The translations under genes and the position numbers were made by a program. DNA of 64,000 nucleotides from Lachnospiraceae bacterium (lineage in GTDB: Bacteria > Bacillota > Clostridia > Lachnospirales > Lachnospiraceae), in NCBI GenBank assembly GCA_017469275.1, contig JAFUGT010000014.1, positions 2,079 through 66,078 on the forward strand. The letters run 5' to 3'. The notes beneath the pieces were generated by a model. That model searched no databases. It was given only the letters and a program-made list of their open reading frames with translations, and was not told the origin of the DNA. Each line of letters opens with the position of its first letter. Positions within the stretch are counted from its first letter, which is position 1. Shown here in pieces: positions 28,382 through 37,254 of the stretch.

Positions 28382-29321
28382 CTTGTTTTTTATTATGATC
28401 TACCGTTTGTCTAATAACATATTGTGGCTCACGATTTGCACTCATATACAATCTGCCCACATATTCTCCCATCATTCCCAGTACTATCAATATTACTCCA
28501 CATAATACAAGCGTAACCGCCATCATGGAACTCCAACCTTCCACTACATAAGGATTAATTATTTTTTTAATCAAAACAATAATACTATAAATCAAACCGA
28601 CACACGCCGTAATAAAGCCAAAAAGAGTAGATATTCTGAGTGGTTTAATTGAAAATGTAGTGGCCCCGTTTATCCATAAAGAAACTAATTTAGGAAATGT
28701 ATACCCCGAAGACCCAATTTCCCGTTTTCTATGTCCGACAAACACTGAACCCACCTTATCTGTCGCTCTAAAAACAAGACCAGGTAAATATACGTAAGCA
28801 TTTTGATACTCATTCATAGTATCAATAATGTATTTTTTTGCAGCATAAAAACTACTACCCTCAAACTCTTTAGGAATTGACATCAAGTGAACCCCCATCC
28901 ATTTTGCAAACTTTGAACCGAGATTTCGATATAAACTATGCTTTTTATGTCTATATTTACCATAAACCACATCATATCCATTTTTAAGTTCTTCTACCAA
29001 TTTATATGTATCCTCTACTGCAATCTGACCATCATCATCAAGTGATACCACAACATCTCCTTTTGATAGTCTATATCCAGCAAGTAAAGCAGCATGTTGT
29101 CCGAAATTTCTCGTTAAGTCTATTCCAATAATATTATCATTATTATCACATAACTTCACAATAACCTCCCACACCTTGTCAGGAGATGAATCATTAACCA
29201 ATATTATTTCATAATTGTATTCTTGATGTACCTTTTGTATTTCATGTATTTCATCTATCACACCTTCAATTGTATTTTCAGAACCATAACACGGAATAAC
29301 AAATGAAATCATCTTTTTCAT
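28344..29321 (-). CDS. GT2 polyprenyl-phosphate glycosyltransferase (ArnC/GtrB/CsbB-like)
   Basis: FVIPCYGSE..., LVNDSSPD and SLDDDGQ (DxD) motifs, plus two C-terminal TM helices, as in GtrB/ArnC. Confidence 0.85.
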   Translation of the reverse strand: MKKMISFVIPCYGSENTIEGVIDEIHEIQKVHQEYNYEIILVNDSSPDKVWEVIVKLCDNNDNIIGIDLTRNFGQHAALLAGYRLSKGDVVVSLDDDGQIAVEDTYKLVEELKNGYDVVYGKYRHKKHSLYRNLGSKFAKWMGVHLMSIPKEFEGSSFYAAKKYIIDTMNEYQNAYVYLPGLVFRATDKVGSVFVGHRKREIGSSGYTFPKLVSLWINGATTFSIKPLRISTLFGFITACVGLIYSIIVLIKKIINPYVVEGWSSMMAVTLVLCGVILIVLGMMGEYVGRLYMSANREPQYVIRQTVDHNKKQDDSEGKFDIERT

Positions 29322-29327
29322 TATAAA

Positions 29328-29861
29328 TCACTCTCCAATATCATTTAATAAGCGCCTTACCTTACTATTTCCATAATCCAACTCATGCTCATAATATGCA
29401 CAAGCTATTCCGTTTCTATCAATATACGCTTTAGGTTCAAACCCATTTTTTTTATGCATTCTCATTACTTTTTTGTTGTTAAGATAAACCACACAGCATA
29501 CCTTATCCAATTTTAAGATATCACGAGCAAAATCATTAAGCAAAATCTCAGCTTCCATAGTTTCTAATGGATTGCCATAACTAACCTCTCTACCAATCTC
29601 GCCCATTTTTCCATGTATATCATAAACACCAATAAGTCCTATTCTTTCCGCTTTCTTATTAAGTACAACAAAATAATAATCGCCAGGCTGTTGCATCTGC
29701 CACTTTATAAATTCTCGTTGTTGTTCCATAGTGTGCGCCGGCTGTCCGACATAGGCTCTAAACTTTTCATTCATCCTAATATTATAAGAAAACTCCGCAT
29801 CATCTAATGTTATACTTCGCATATCAACAAATTTGCCAATAATCACTTCTTCATAAACCAA
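29328..29861 (-). CDS. GNAT family N-acyltransferase (RimJ/RimL-like)
   Basis: 177 aa with acetyltransferase_3-like motifs (YFVVLNK...RIGLIGVYDI, NKKVMRMHKKNGF). Confidence 0.7.
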   Translation of the reverse strand: MVYEEVIIGKFVDMRSITLDDAEFSYNIRMNEKFRAYVGQPAHTMEQQREFIKWQMQQPGDYYFVVLNKKAERIGLIGVYDIHGKMGEIGREVSYGNPLETMEAEILLNDFARDILKLDKVCCVVYLNNKKVMRMHKKNGFEPKAYIDRNGIACAYYEHELDYGNSKVRRLLNDIGE

Positions 29862-29880
29862 AGTATTACCCCCATATAAA

Positions 29881-30663
29881 TCATCTTTTTATGCAATACA
29901 CTATATCCCAAGTACCATCATGTACCAATCCATATTTCTTATGAAAGCGCAGAGACGCTATGTTATTCTCGCTTACCCAAGCATATACATATCGCCCCCC
30001 ATTTTTATAATATTCCTTAAGTCGTTTTATCATAATTGCATGAATATTTTTTTTATCCCCTTTATTATAAACCTGATTAATATAAAAACTTTTGGGTTTA
30101 ATGTCTGTCTGCAATAATGCATCTATATGATTATCATTACCACGATGAATTAGTATTTCTTTTTTTTCAACTATCCCAGCCAATTCCTTATCATCACAAA
30201 GATGACTTATTGCAGTATCAAACTCTGACCACAGTAATTGATTTATTTCATGAACATCATCATATGTAGCAACAATACCTGCAGAATCATCTTCATACTT
30301 CATTATCGTATAATCATCAAGTATCTTTGAACAATCTCTTGTTGCAACCCTCATCATCTTTGCTAACAATATTTCTCCACTGAACACTTTACTGTACTGA
30401 TTATCATCCATTGTAATAAAATCAATATAAAATGTTCCACTATCTAGATTCGAAAGTATTTTTTTTAAATGAAACTTGTCCTGAACATAAAAAAATAGCC
30501 TGTTAATCCCATTATCGTTACACGAAAACAAAAACGATTCTTCATAATCCCAAATATCATCAGCATTTTCTATAACACTTAACGAATAACAATTAGTAAG
30601 TGGTTTACATATCTTTTTTAAATTATTAATATGAGTGATAATAATATCTTTATTAACCATCAA
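29881..30663 (-). CDS. Two-domain protein with a C-terminal GNAT fold (WecD-like architecture)
   Basis: The C-terminal segment YVYAWVSENNIASLRFHKKYGL is a GNAT motif A/B region. The ~130 aa N-domain is unrecognised. Confidence 0.45.
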   Translation of the reverse strand: MMVNKDIIITHINNLKKICKPLTNCYSLSVIENADDIWDYEESFLFSCNDNGINRLFFYVQDKFHLKKILSNLDSGTFYIDFITMDDNQYSKVFSGEILLAKMMRVATRDCSKILDDYTIMKYEDDSAGIVATYDDVHEINQLLWSEFDTAISHLCDDKELAGIVEKKEILIHRGNDNHIDALLQTDIKPKSFYINQVYNKGDKKNIHAIMIKRLKEYYKNGGRYVYAWVSENNIASLRFHKKYGLVHDGTWDIVYCIKR

Positions 30664-30689
30664 ATCAAATACCTCAAGTTCAATATATA

Positions 30690-31754
30690 CTACAAATCAG
30701 ATTCAATGATTTCACAATTATTTAGGTTACCTATATCCATAAATACAACACCCCACGCTAAACCTGATCCAAATGCAGATAAGCAACAACTGTTATTTTT
30801 ATTAATAAGTTCATCTCTTGCGTTAAATATTGCAGTCATTGGTATAGAAGCACCACTTGGATTACCAAAATTTTCAACAAGATTCATTGGAAACTTGTCA
30901 AAAGGAATGCCTACCTTTTGAGCAAGTTTTTTTAACATAAACTTATTCGGCTGATGAAAAAAGAAATAATCAAAATCTTCAATAGTCTTATGTTCACTGT
31001 CAAAAGCATCCTTTAACATTTTAGAGACATCCGACTGAACAAAATTAAACACTTCACTTCCATCCATGCAAATATTATCTAAAGACCTGTAATTCCCTTC
31101 ACTATCCATTTTAACCTTAGCAGTTTCAATATTACAAGGCATTTTAAATCCACCTGCAGGAATAATTAACGCATTTCTGCGTTTTCCGTCTGTATTCATC
31201 TCAAAATAGATTGGAGATGATTCTGAATTTTCCAATACCGTAATACACGCCGCATCACCTATAAGAGGGTAATCATTTCTATCTCTTCTAGAAACCTTAT
31301 GACTAATAACATCACCATTTACCAACAACACTTTTTTATCAATGTGTTCTAATAACATAAACGATTGCATCAAACCAACCAAAAAACCGCAACACCCCTG
31401 AGCAATATCCAAGCAAATTATATTTTCCCCAAATCCACATTCTGCTTGAATTATATTACTTATGTGTGGGACAAAATAATCCGGACACAATGAAACTACT
31501 ACTATCGCTCCAATTTCATTCCTATTAATCCAATTATTAGCAAACATATAATTAATACCATAAATAGCAAAATCAGAAACAGTCGTACTTTCCTTAGATA
31601 ATCTATGACAATTATAACCCATCACTTTCTTTAGTCTCATAGATTGTTTTTCCGTAAAACTGTAATTGCCAATTTCGTCATCAAAATAACTCTCCATTTC
31701 CGGAAGCAATCCAAGCATCGTAGTTATTTTTTTATTATTAAACCGCATAATCAT
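30690..31754 (-). CDS. KASIII (FabH-like) condensing enzyme or acyltransferase
   Basis: Cys-His-Asn triad in context: IAQGCCGFLVG, FFFHQPNKFM, ENFGNPSGASIP. It overlaps the upstream carrier gene by 4 nt. Confidence 0.8.
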   Translation of the reverse strand: MIMRFNNKKITTMLGLLPEMESYFDDEIGNYSFTEKQSMRLKKVMGYNCHRLSKESTTVSDFAIYGINYMFANNWINRNEIGAIVVVSLCPDYFVPHISNIIQAECGFGENIICLDIAQGCCGFLVGLMQSFMLLEHIDKKVLLVNGDVISHKVSRRDRNDYPLIGDAACITVLENSESSPIYFEMNTDGKRRNALIIPAGGFKMPCNIETAKVKMDSEGNYRSLDNICMDGSEVFNFVQSDVSKMLKDAFDSEHKTIEDFDYFFFHQPNKFMLKKLAQKVGIPFDKFPMNLVENFGNPSGASIPMTAIFNARDELINKNNSCCLSAFGSGLAWGVVFMDIGNLNNCEIIESDL

Positions 31755-31984
31755 TTCGATTCACCTTTTGATTTGATAATTAGTGATTGTATAGAATTCA
31801 AAGAAGTAAAATTCTCAGGTAATATATCTAATCCATCAATCGTTACATTATATTTCTCTTCTAACAAATCACAAAGGTTAATAATATCAAATGAATCCAA
31901 CATTCCATCAGCAATAAAGTCACTACTATCACTAAAATCGAATTCCGGTTTAATCTCAGTTAAAATATCTAAAACATCCTGCAT
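31751..31984 (-). CDS. DltC-like aminoacyl/acyl carrier protein
   Basis: 77 aa. ADGMLDSFDIINLCDLLEEKY...PENFTSLNSIQSLI parallels DltC (EEGLLDSFGTVELLL...). The Ser in LDSF is the predicted phosphopantetheine site. Confidence 0.75.
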   Translation of the reverse strand: MQDVLDILTEIKPEFDFSDSSDFIADGMLDSFDIINLCDLLEEKYNVTIDGLDILPENFTSLNSIQSLIIKSKGESK

Positions 31985-32002
31985 ATCACATATCTCCTTA
32001 TA

Positions 32003-33532
32003 TCACATATTATTAATTTTATCTTTTAACAATAGTCTGTCAATTTTTCCATTTGTATTTCTCGGCAATACATCTAATTTAATATATTCTGTTGGTATCA
32101 TATACGAAGGTAATCTTCTCCCTATGTTTTTTCTAAAATCACCAACACTTAATTCATCTTGGTTTTCATAAAACAAAACAATCTCCCGTTTTTCGCTATT
32201 ATAAACGGCACAACAATAATCTACTAATTTCAAGTCATTCTCAACCACATGCTCTATCTCACCTAGCTCTATTCGATATCCCATATGCTTAATTAAACTA
32301 TCTTTTCGCCCCTTAAAAATAATATTTCCATCTTCTCTCAGATATGCTATATCACCCGTACGATAAATCAATTCAGGATACATCGTATTTAAAGGATTTT
32401 GAACAAATGAACTCATAGTCTTCTCTAAATTATTATAATATCCCATGGCTAAAGATGAACCTCGTACACACAATTCACCCTCTTCTCCTATGTGACAAAT
32501 ATTATTATTATCATTTAATATCATAATATCAGTATTTTTATATGGAATACCGATCGGTAATGGTTCATTCTCATCGGGTCGTTCTTTCACAATATAATAT
32601 GTACAATCCAAAGTTATTTCTATGGGCCCGTACAAATTAACAAAAACAGCAGCAGGCAACTTATCATACCACATAGTAAATTGTTTTGTTGGAAACACTT
32701 CGCCCGCAAACCAAACTAATCTTAGATTTGGTAATTCCATTTTATCTAATAAACCTAAATTAGCTATATTTACCATAATAGACGGTACCCAGAAAATAAA
32801 ATTAACATTATTCTTAACTAAACACTCTAGTAATCTAGCTGGAAACGCAGCCAAAAAAGCATCAAGTAGTATCAATTCCGAAGCATTTCTCATCATCATA
32901 CATAATTCAAATTCAAAAATATCAAATACCACAGGTGAAAGCGAACCTATTATTTCACTACCGTCAAAATTAAAAAGTTCTCCCGAAGCATTCATGAAAT
33001 CTATAAAACTCCTATGATTGAGAACGACACCTTTTGGTGTTCCTGTTGAGCCCGATGTATTAATTATACAAAACGGATCAGTATCAATTAACCTACTTCT
33101 CTTTTTTAACAATACTTCGTCATCTATAATAACATTATGCAATTCTATTTCATCTATTATAACTAATGGAATACTTAGACCGGTTAAATTAGCTACATAA
33201 GCGGAACTGGTAACAATCACCATCGGCTTTACTGTTTTCAAAATGTTGTTAATTCTTTCAATCGGAGTTTTTACATCCAAATTAACAAAATGATTTGATG
33301 AATACATGATACCTAAATCCGCAATCACTATATTTATTTCTTTAGGAAGAAAAACCGCTATAGGAATATTTACAGAATCTTTAAACATTGCAGATAAATA
33401 AGTTCCCAGTTTCATTGAATAGTTTTTTAATTCTTTAAAATCAATTTTTGTATCGTTATGTCTCACAGCAATTTTATCAGCATTATGATTTACAGTTGTT
33501 TCAAAATACTCTAATAGATTAATTATATTCAT
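32003..33532 (-). CDS. Adenylate-forming enzyme (DltA/NRPS A-domain-like)
   Basis: Core motifs IINTSGSTGTPKGV, YRTGDIAYLREDGNIIFKGRKDSLIKHMGYRIELGEIE and NGKIDR. Confidence 0.85.
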   Translation of the reverse strand: MNIINLLEYFETTVNHNADKIAVRHNDTKIDFKELKNYSMKLGTYLSAMFKDSVNIPIAVFLPKEINIVIADLGIMYSSNHFVNLDVKTPIERINNILKTVKPMVIVTSSAYVANLTGLSIPLVIIDEIELHNVIIDDEVLLKKRSRLIDTDPFCIINTSGSTGTPKGVVLNHRSFIDFMNASGELFNFDGSEIIGSLSPVVFDIFEFELCMMMRNASELILLDAFLAAFPARLLECLVKNNVNFIFWVPSIMVNIANLGLLDKMELPNLRLVWFAGEVFPTKQFTMWYDKLPAAVFVNLYGPIEITLDCTYYIVKERPDENEPLPIGIPYKNTDIMILNDNNNICHIGEEGELCVRGSSLAMGYYNNLEKTMSSFVQNPLNTMYPELIYRTGDIAYLREDGNIIFKGRKDSLIKHMGYRIELGEIEHVVENDLKLVDYCCAVYNSEKREIVLFYENQDELSVGDFRKNIGRRLPSYMIPTEYIKLDVLPRNTNGKIDRLLLKDKINNM

Positions 33533-33576
33533 AACTATTTACCCTTATCATCATTACTTATTTTAATACAGCCAAT

Positions 33577-34314
33577 TTATCTTTCCGTAATATCTATTGT
33601 CCGTCCCCCGTCAATAGTAATTTGTTGTCCTGTAATCCACCTTGCTTTATCAGATAACAAGAACTCTACAATTGGAGCAATATCGCTAGGTTTCCCAATC
33701 CCCAAAGGATAGTCATTTTCAAATTTCTGTAGCATCTCGGGATTTTCAAACAGTTCTTTTGTCATCTCTGTAATCATACCACCAGGAAGAACAGAATTAA
33801 CTCTCACCCCTGGTGCTAGTTCGACAGCCAAACTACGCATCAATCCATCTAAAGCAGCTTTAGATGAACTATACATAGAAAATGCCGCAGCTCCCCTATT
33901 ACTTATATTACTTGAAATAAAAACAACCGATTTTAAATTACCATTATTAATTTTCTTTGAACATAAACACTTTGTTATTATAGCAGGAGCATAAACATTA
34001 ACCGCGAATATTTTTTGCAAATCGTTTATTTTAATATTCCTCAACGGAAGAATTTTCATAACACCTGCACAATGAACAAAATAATCTACACTAATATTAT
34101 TAACTTTAAGAAATATCTTTAAATCGTTTTCGAGGTTATCAAAATCATTCAGTTCATGATTCCAGATAAAAGGATTATTATCACAAAGAAGTCTGACTTC
34201 TTGTAATCTTTTTTCATCTCTTCCACTTAGAATTATGGTATGTTCCTTAGATAAACTAATTGCTAACTCTCTCCCTACACCTGATGAAGCACCTGTTAAT
34301 AGTAAAAAACCCAT
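33577..34314 (-). CDS. SDR family oxidoreductase
   Basis: LLTGASSGVGRE (TGxxxGxG) and YSSSKAALDG (YxxxK). Confidence 0.85.
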   Translation of the reverse strand: MGFLLLTGASSGVGRELAISLSKEHTIILSGRDEKRLQEVRLLCDNNPFIWNHELNDFDNLENDLKIFLKVNNISVDYFVHCAGVMKILPLRNIKINDLQKIFAVNVYAPAIITKCLCSKKINNGNLKSVVFISSNISNRGAAAFSMYSSSKAALDGLMRSLAVELAPGVRVNSVLPGGMITEMTKELFENPEMLQKFENDYPLGIGKPSDIAPIVEFLLSDKARWITGQQITIDGGRTIDITER

Positions 34315-34349
34315 AAATAGTCCTCCTCGACATATTAATAAACGTAAAG

Positions 34350-35135
34350 TTATTGAGCAGTATACCCACCATCAATGTTAAATACCGCACCTGTGGTCCA
34401 CTTCGAAGCATCTGACAATAAAAAAACCACTGCATTGGCTATATCCAACGCTTCTCCCCAGCCTAACGGATGCATGCGCTCAATTATGTCAGCATAATTA
34501 TTATCGAATAACAAATTAACATTATCTGCCATATTAGTTTTAATAAAACCAGGTGCAACACAATTAACTCTAATTTTTTTATTCGCTAATTCTATAGCTA
34601 AAGATTTTGTCATACCTACAATAGCCGCTTTACTCATAGCGTATGCTACATTCGCAGAAGACCCAACAAGTCCATACACCGAAGATATGAATACAATCGA
34701 ACCTTGCTTACTCATGTCATGTCCTTTTTTCCCAGCAAAAATTTTGGCCAAATTCAATCCTGCTTGAGAATTAATTCGCATAACCTTTTCATAATGATCA
34801 TTGGAAATAGTTCTTAACGGAGATATAGATGGAATTCCTGCACAATGAACCAATCCGGTATATACACTATTTAATTTTTCTCTTGAATCAATAATAATTT
34901 TTTTTACTAATTCAAAATCATTCAAATCAACAACTGCACATACTATTTTATTATTTGAATTCTCTAATTCTTTCTCGAGAGAATTCAATCCGCTCTCATC
35001 TATATCCAACAATAACAAATTTGCCCCTAACTTATAAAGTAATACCGCTGTTTCCCTACCAATTCCAGAAGCTGCACCCGTTACTATTACAGTTTTATCG
35101 TACATCGACATAGGATTTATCATACTATTTTCCAA
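34350..35135 (-). CDS. SDR family oxidoreductase (FabG-like ketoreductase)
   Basis: VTGAASGIGRE, YAMSKAAIVGMTKSLAIELA and a FabG-like C-terminus (GGYTAQ). Confidence 0.85.
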   Translation of the reverse strand: MENSMINPMSMYDKTVIVTGAASGIGRETAVLLYKLGANLLLLDIDESGLNSLEKELENSNNKIVCAVVDLNDFELVKKIIIDSREKLNSVYTGLVHCAGIPSISPLRTISNDHYEKVMRINSQAGLNLAKIFAGKKGHDMSKQGSIVFISSVYGLVGSSANVAYAMSKAAIVGMTKSLAIELANKKIRVNCVAPGFIKTNMADNVNLLFDNNYADIIERMHPLGWGEALDIANAVVFLLSDASKWTTGAVFNIDGGYTAQ

Positions 35136-35138
35136 TTA

Positions 35139-35360
35139 TCACTTCTCCATCAATTCAAGAATATCTTTAACATATACAAAACTTTTTATTTGATCACCTG
35201 AAATCTTCTTTCCAAATTCATCATCAAACATGACGATCAATGAAAGTTTTGTCATTGAATCATACTCTTCAATTTCCTCCAATTTCATATCAGGGTTTAA
35301 GCTACCTTCATCAGTTTCAAACGTTTCCTCCAGTAATTCAAGTTTTTCTTTTTCTGTCAT
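35139..35360 (-). CDS. Acyl carrier protein
   Basis: 73 aa acidic helical protein with an EEYDSMTKLSLI (DSx) phosphopantetheine motif. Confidence 0.75.
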   Translation of the reverse strand: MTEKEKLELLEETFETDEGSLNPDMKLEEIEEYDSMTKLSLIVMFDDEFGKKISGDQIKSFVYVKDILELMEK

Positions 35361-35408
35361 ATTTTTTCTCCTTTTTTTATATTTACTTTAAATGAGTTCT
35401 TTTCTCAT

Positions 35409-36461
35409 CTAATAGTCATCTTCATAATACTCGTCAGTTTTTATAAGTGGATATACATTATCAACGTTCATATAACAATCAACTGCACACCAAGATAAAC
35501 CAATACCATATCCACAAAGCATAAAATGTGATACTCCATTATTTACAAGTGCCAATTTTTCAACCAGAGAAACAGGAATTGATGCAGAAGAAGTATTCGC
35601 AAACTTATCAATTGCTTTTATACTTTTATCAGAAGAAAAGCCTGTTTTCTTCTCAATCTGAGACATAATCAGCTTATTAGATTGATGTAACACAAGATAA
35701 TCATAATCTTCGGCAGTGCAACCCATTTTACCCATTAATTCATTTATTAATACAGGAACCTCATTTGTCGAAAAATTAAAAACCGCTATATCATCAGTAA
35801 TATCAATATCTGCACTTTTATATGGATTCCTATAAAAACCCCATGGAGCGATTAATGCATTATATCGACTTCCATCTGTCTTATACATAAAGTTAATATT
35901 TTTAGCCATAATATCTTTTTTTAGTAACGTAGCACTACCCGCATCTCCAAATAACAATTTACCTGTATTAAATTCTATACTATCAGTTGGGATTTTATCC
36001 CTAGACGCAGTCTCACCACACATCAACAAGCCATATTGCGCTTTAGATTCCATCATTATACTTCCCACTATATTAAGTCCGCATACATATCCCGAACAAC
36101 CCAAATTGACATCAAACGCAATACAATCCTCACCTATACCTAATCTGTATTGAAGAACTGTTGCCGTAGATGGCTTTCTATAATCTGAAGTCTGCGTCAC
36201 ATATACAATGACCCCTATGCTGTTTTTGTCAATCTTTTTATCCTCAATAATCTTTTTAGCAGCGGCATAACACCAATCCGAATTAACCTGATTATAAGTT
36301 GATACAAAACGTCCCTCAACTCCAGTATTTTTGGTAAATTTCTTTATAATTTTTCTATTAGCATCACTTGTATTACCAAATTGATCAGCCAACGAAAGCC
36401 ATCTGTCTGGTACGGCTGCAGAAACCGCTTCTATGCTAATTCCCCTAATACACGATTCCAT
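35409..36461 (-). CDS. KASIII (FabH-like) condensing enzyme
   Basis: Triad in context: DVNLGCSGYVCG, LVLHQSNKLI, KFANTSSASIP. Confidence 0.8.
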   Translation of the reverse strand: MESCIRGISIEAVSAAVPDRWLSLADQFGNTSDANRKIIKKFTKNTGVEGRFVSTYNQVNSDWCYAAAKKIIEDKKIDKNSIGVIVYVTQTSDYRKPSTATVLQYRLGIGEDCIAFDVNLGCSGYVCGLNIVGSIMMESKAQYGLLMCGETASRDKIPTDSIEFNTGKLLFGDAGSATLLKKDIMAKNINFMYKTDGSRYNALIAPWGFYRNPYKSADIDITDDIAVFNFSTNEVPVLINELMGKMGCTAEDYDYLVLHQSNKLIMSQIEKKTGFSSDKSIKAIDKFANTSSASIPVSLVEKLALVNNGVSHFMLCGYGIGLSWCAVDCYMNVDNVYPLIKTDEYYEDDY

Positions 36462-36492
36462 GATCTATTCCTTCCATTCAAAATATTTATAT

Positions 36493-37254
36493 TTAACAAG
36501 ATGTAGAAAAACCTCCATCTACAGGCATTGTTACACCTGTAATCATTCTAGCCTCTTCTGACAATAAAAATGTAATTGCATATGCCACATCTTTAGGTTC
36601 TATAATACCCAAATATTGTCTATTCGATAAAGAACTGTCAGATTCTTCTTCGTAACCATTCATTTTCAAATAATCAATATACATTTGCGTTTTAACCATA
36701 GACGGTGCCACTGAGTTTAAGTAAACATGCTTATTTGACAATTCCTTTGCCATGCATCTAACGGATGCATCCATTGCTGCTTTAGAAGCCGAATATGCAA
36801 TATGAGCTTTATCGCCAAACCTAGCAGCATTAGAAGAAACCGCTACAATTCGCAAGCCATCATTATACATATTTTTCATTGTAACTTGGCGAACACATTC
36901 AACAAACCCAAAATAATTTGTTGTAAATGTATCTAATAACCGCTTATTATTTAAATATTTCAGGGGAACATCTCCATCCGAAATACCTGCTGTATAAACC
37001 ATGCCGTCTAATTTTCCTTGTTCAGATACAATAGTTTTTATCATAGAATTAATTCCATCAATATCTGAAACGTCAAAAACATAACATGCTTTTTTATGAG
37101 AATTAATTTTTTCGATTACATTATGCAATTTTTCTTTACGTCTAGCGACCAATATAACATTTGCGCCTTGTATAGACGTAGTATAGGCTACCTCTTCTCC
37201 GATCCCCGAAGACGCACCTATAATCAATATATTCTTCCCAGATAAATCTATCAT
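36493..37254 (-). CDS. SDR family oxidoreductase
   Basis: IIGASSGIGEE and YSASKAAMDASVRCMAKEL. It is the first gene of the operon. Confidence 0.85.
   Translation of the reverse strand: MIDLSGKNILIIGASSGIGEEVAYTTSIQGANVILVARRKEKLHNVIEKINSHKKACYVFDVSDIDGINSMIKTIVSEQGKLDGMVYTAGISDGDVPLKYLNNKRLLDTFTTNYFGFVECVRQVTMKNMYNDGLRIVAVSSNAARFGDKAHIAYSASKAAMDASVRCMAKELSNKHVYLNSVAPSMVKTQMYIDYLKMNGYEEESDSSLSNRQYLGIIEPKDVAYAITFLLSEEARMITGVTMPVDGGFSTSC

Noticed and set aside
31751-33532. The DltA-like and DltC-like pair as a canonical dlt (D-alanylation of teichoic acid) operon.
   Set aside because: No DltB (MBOAT) or DltD genes are adjacent. The pair is embedded between SDR and KASIII genes and translationally coupled to a KASIII, so it is treated as part of the acyl-assembly module.
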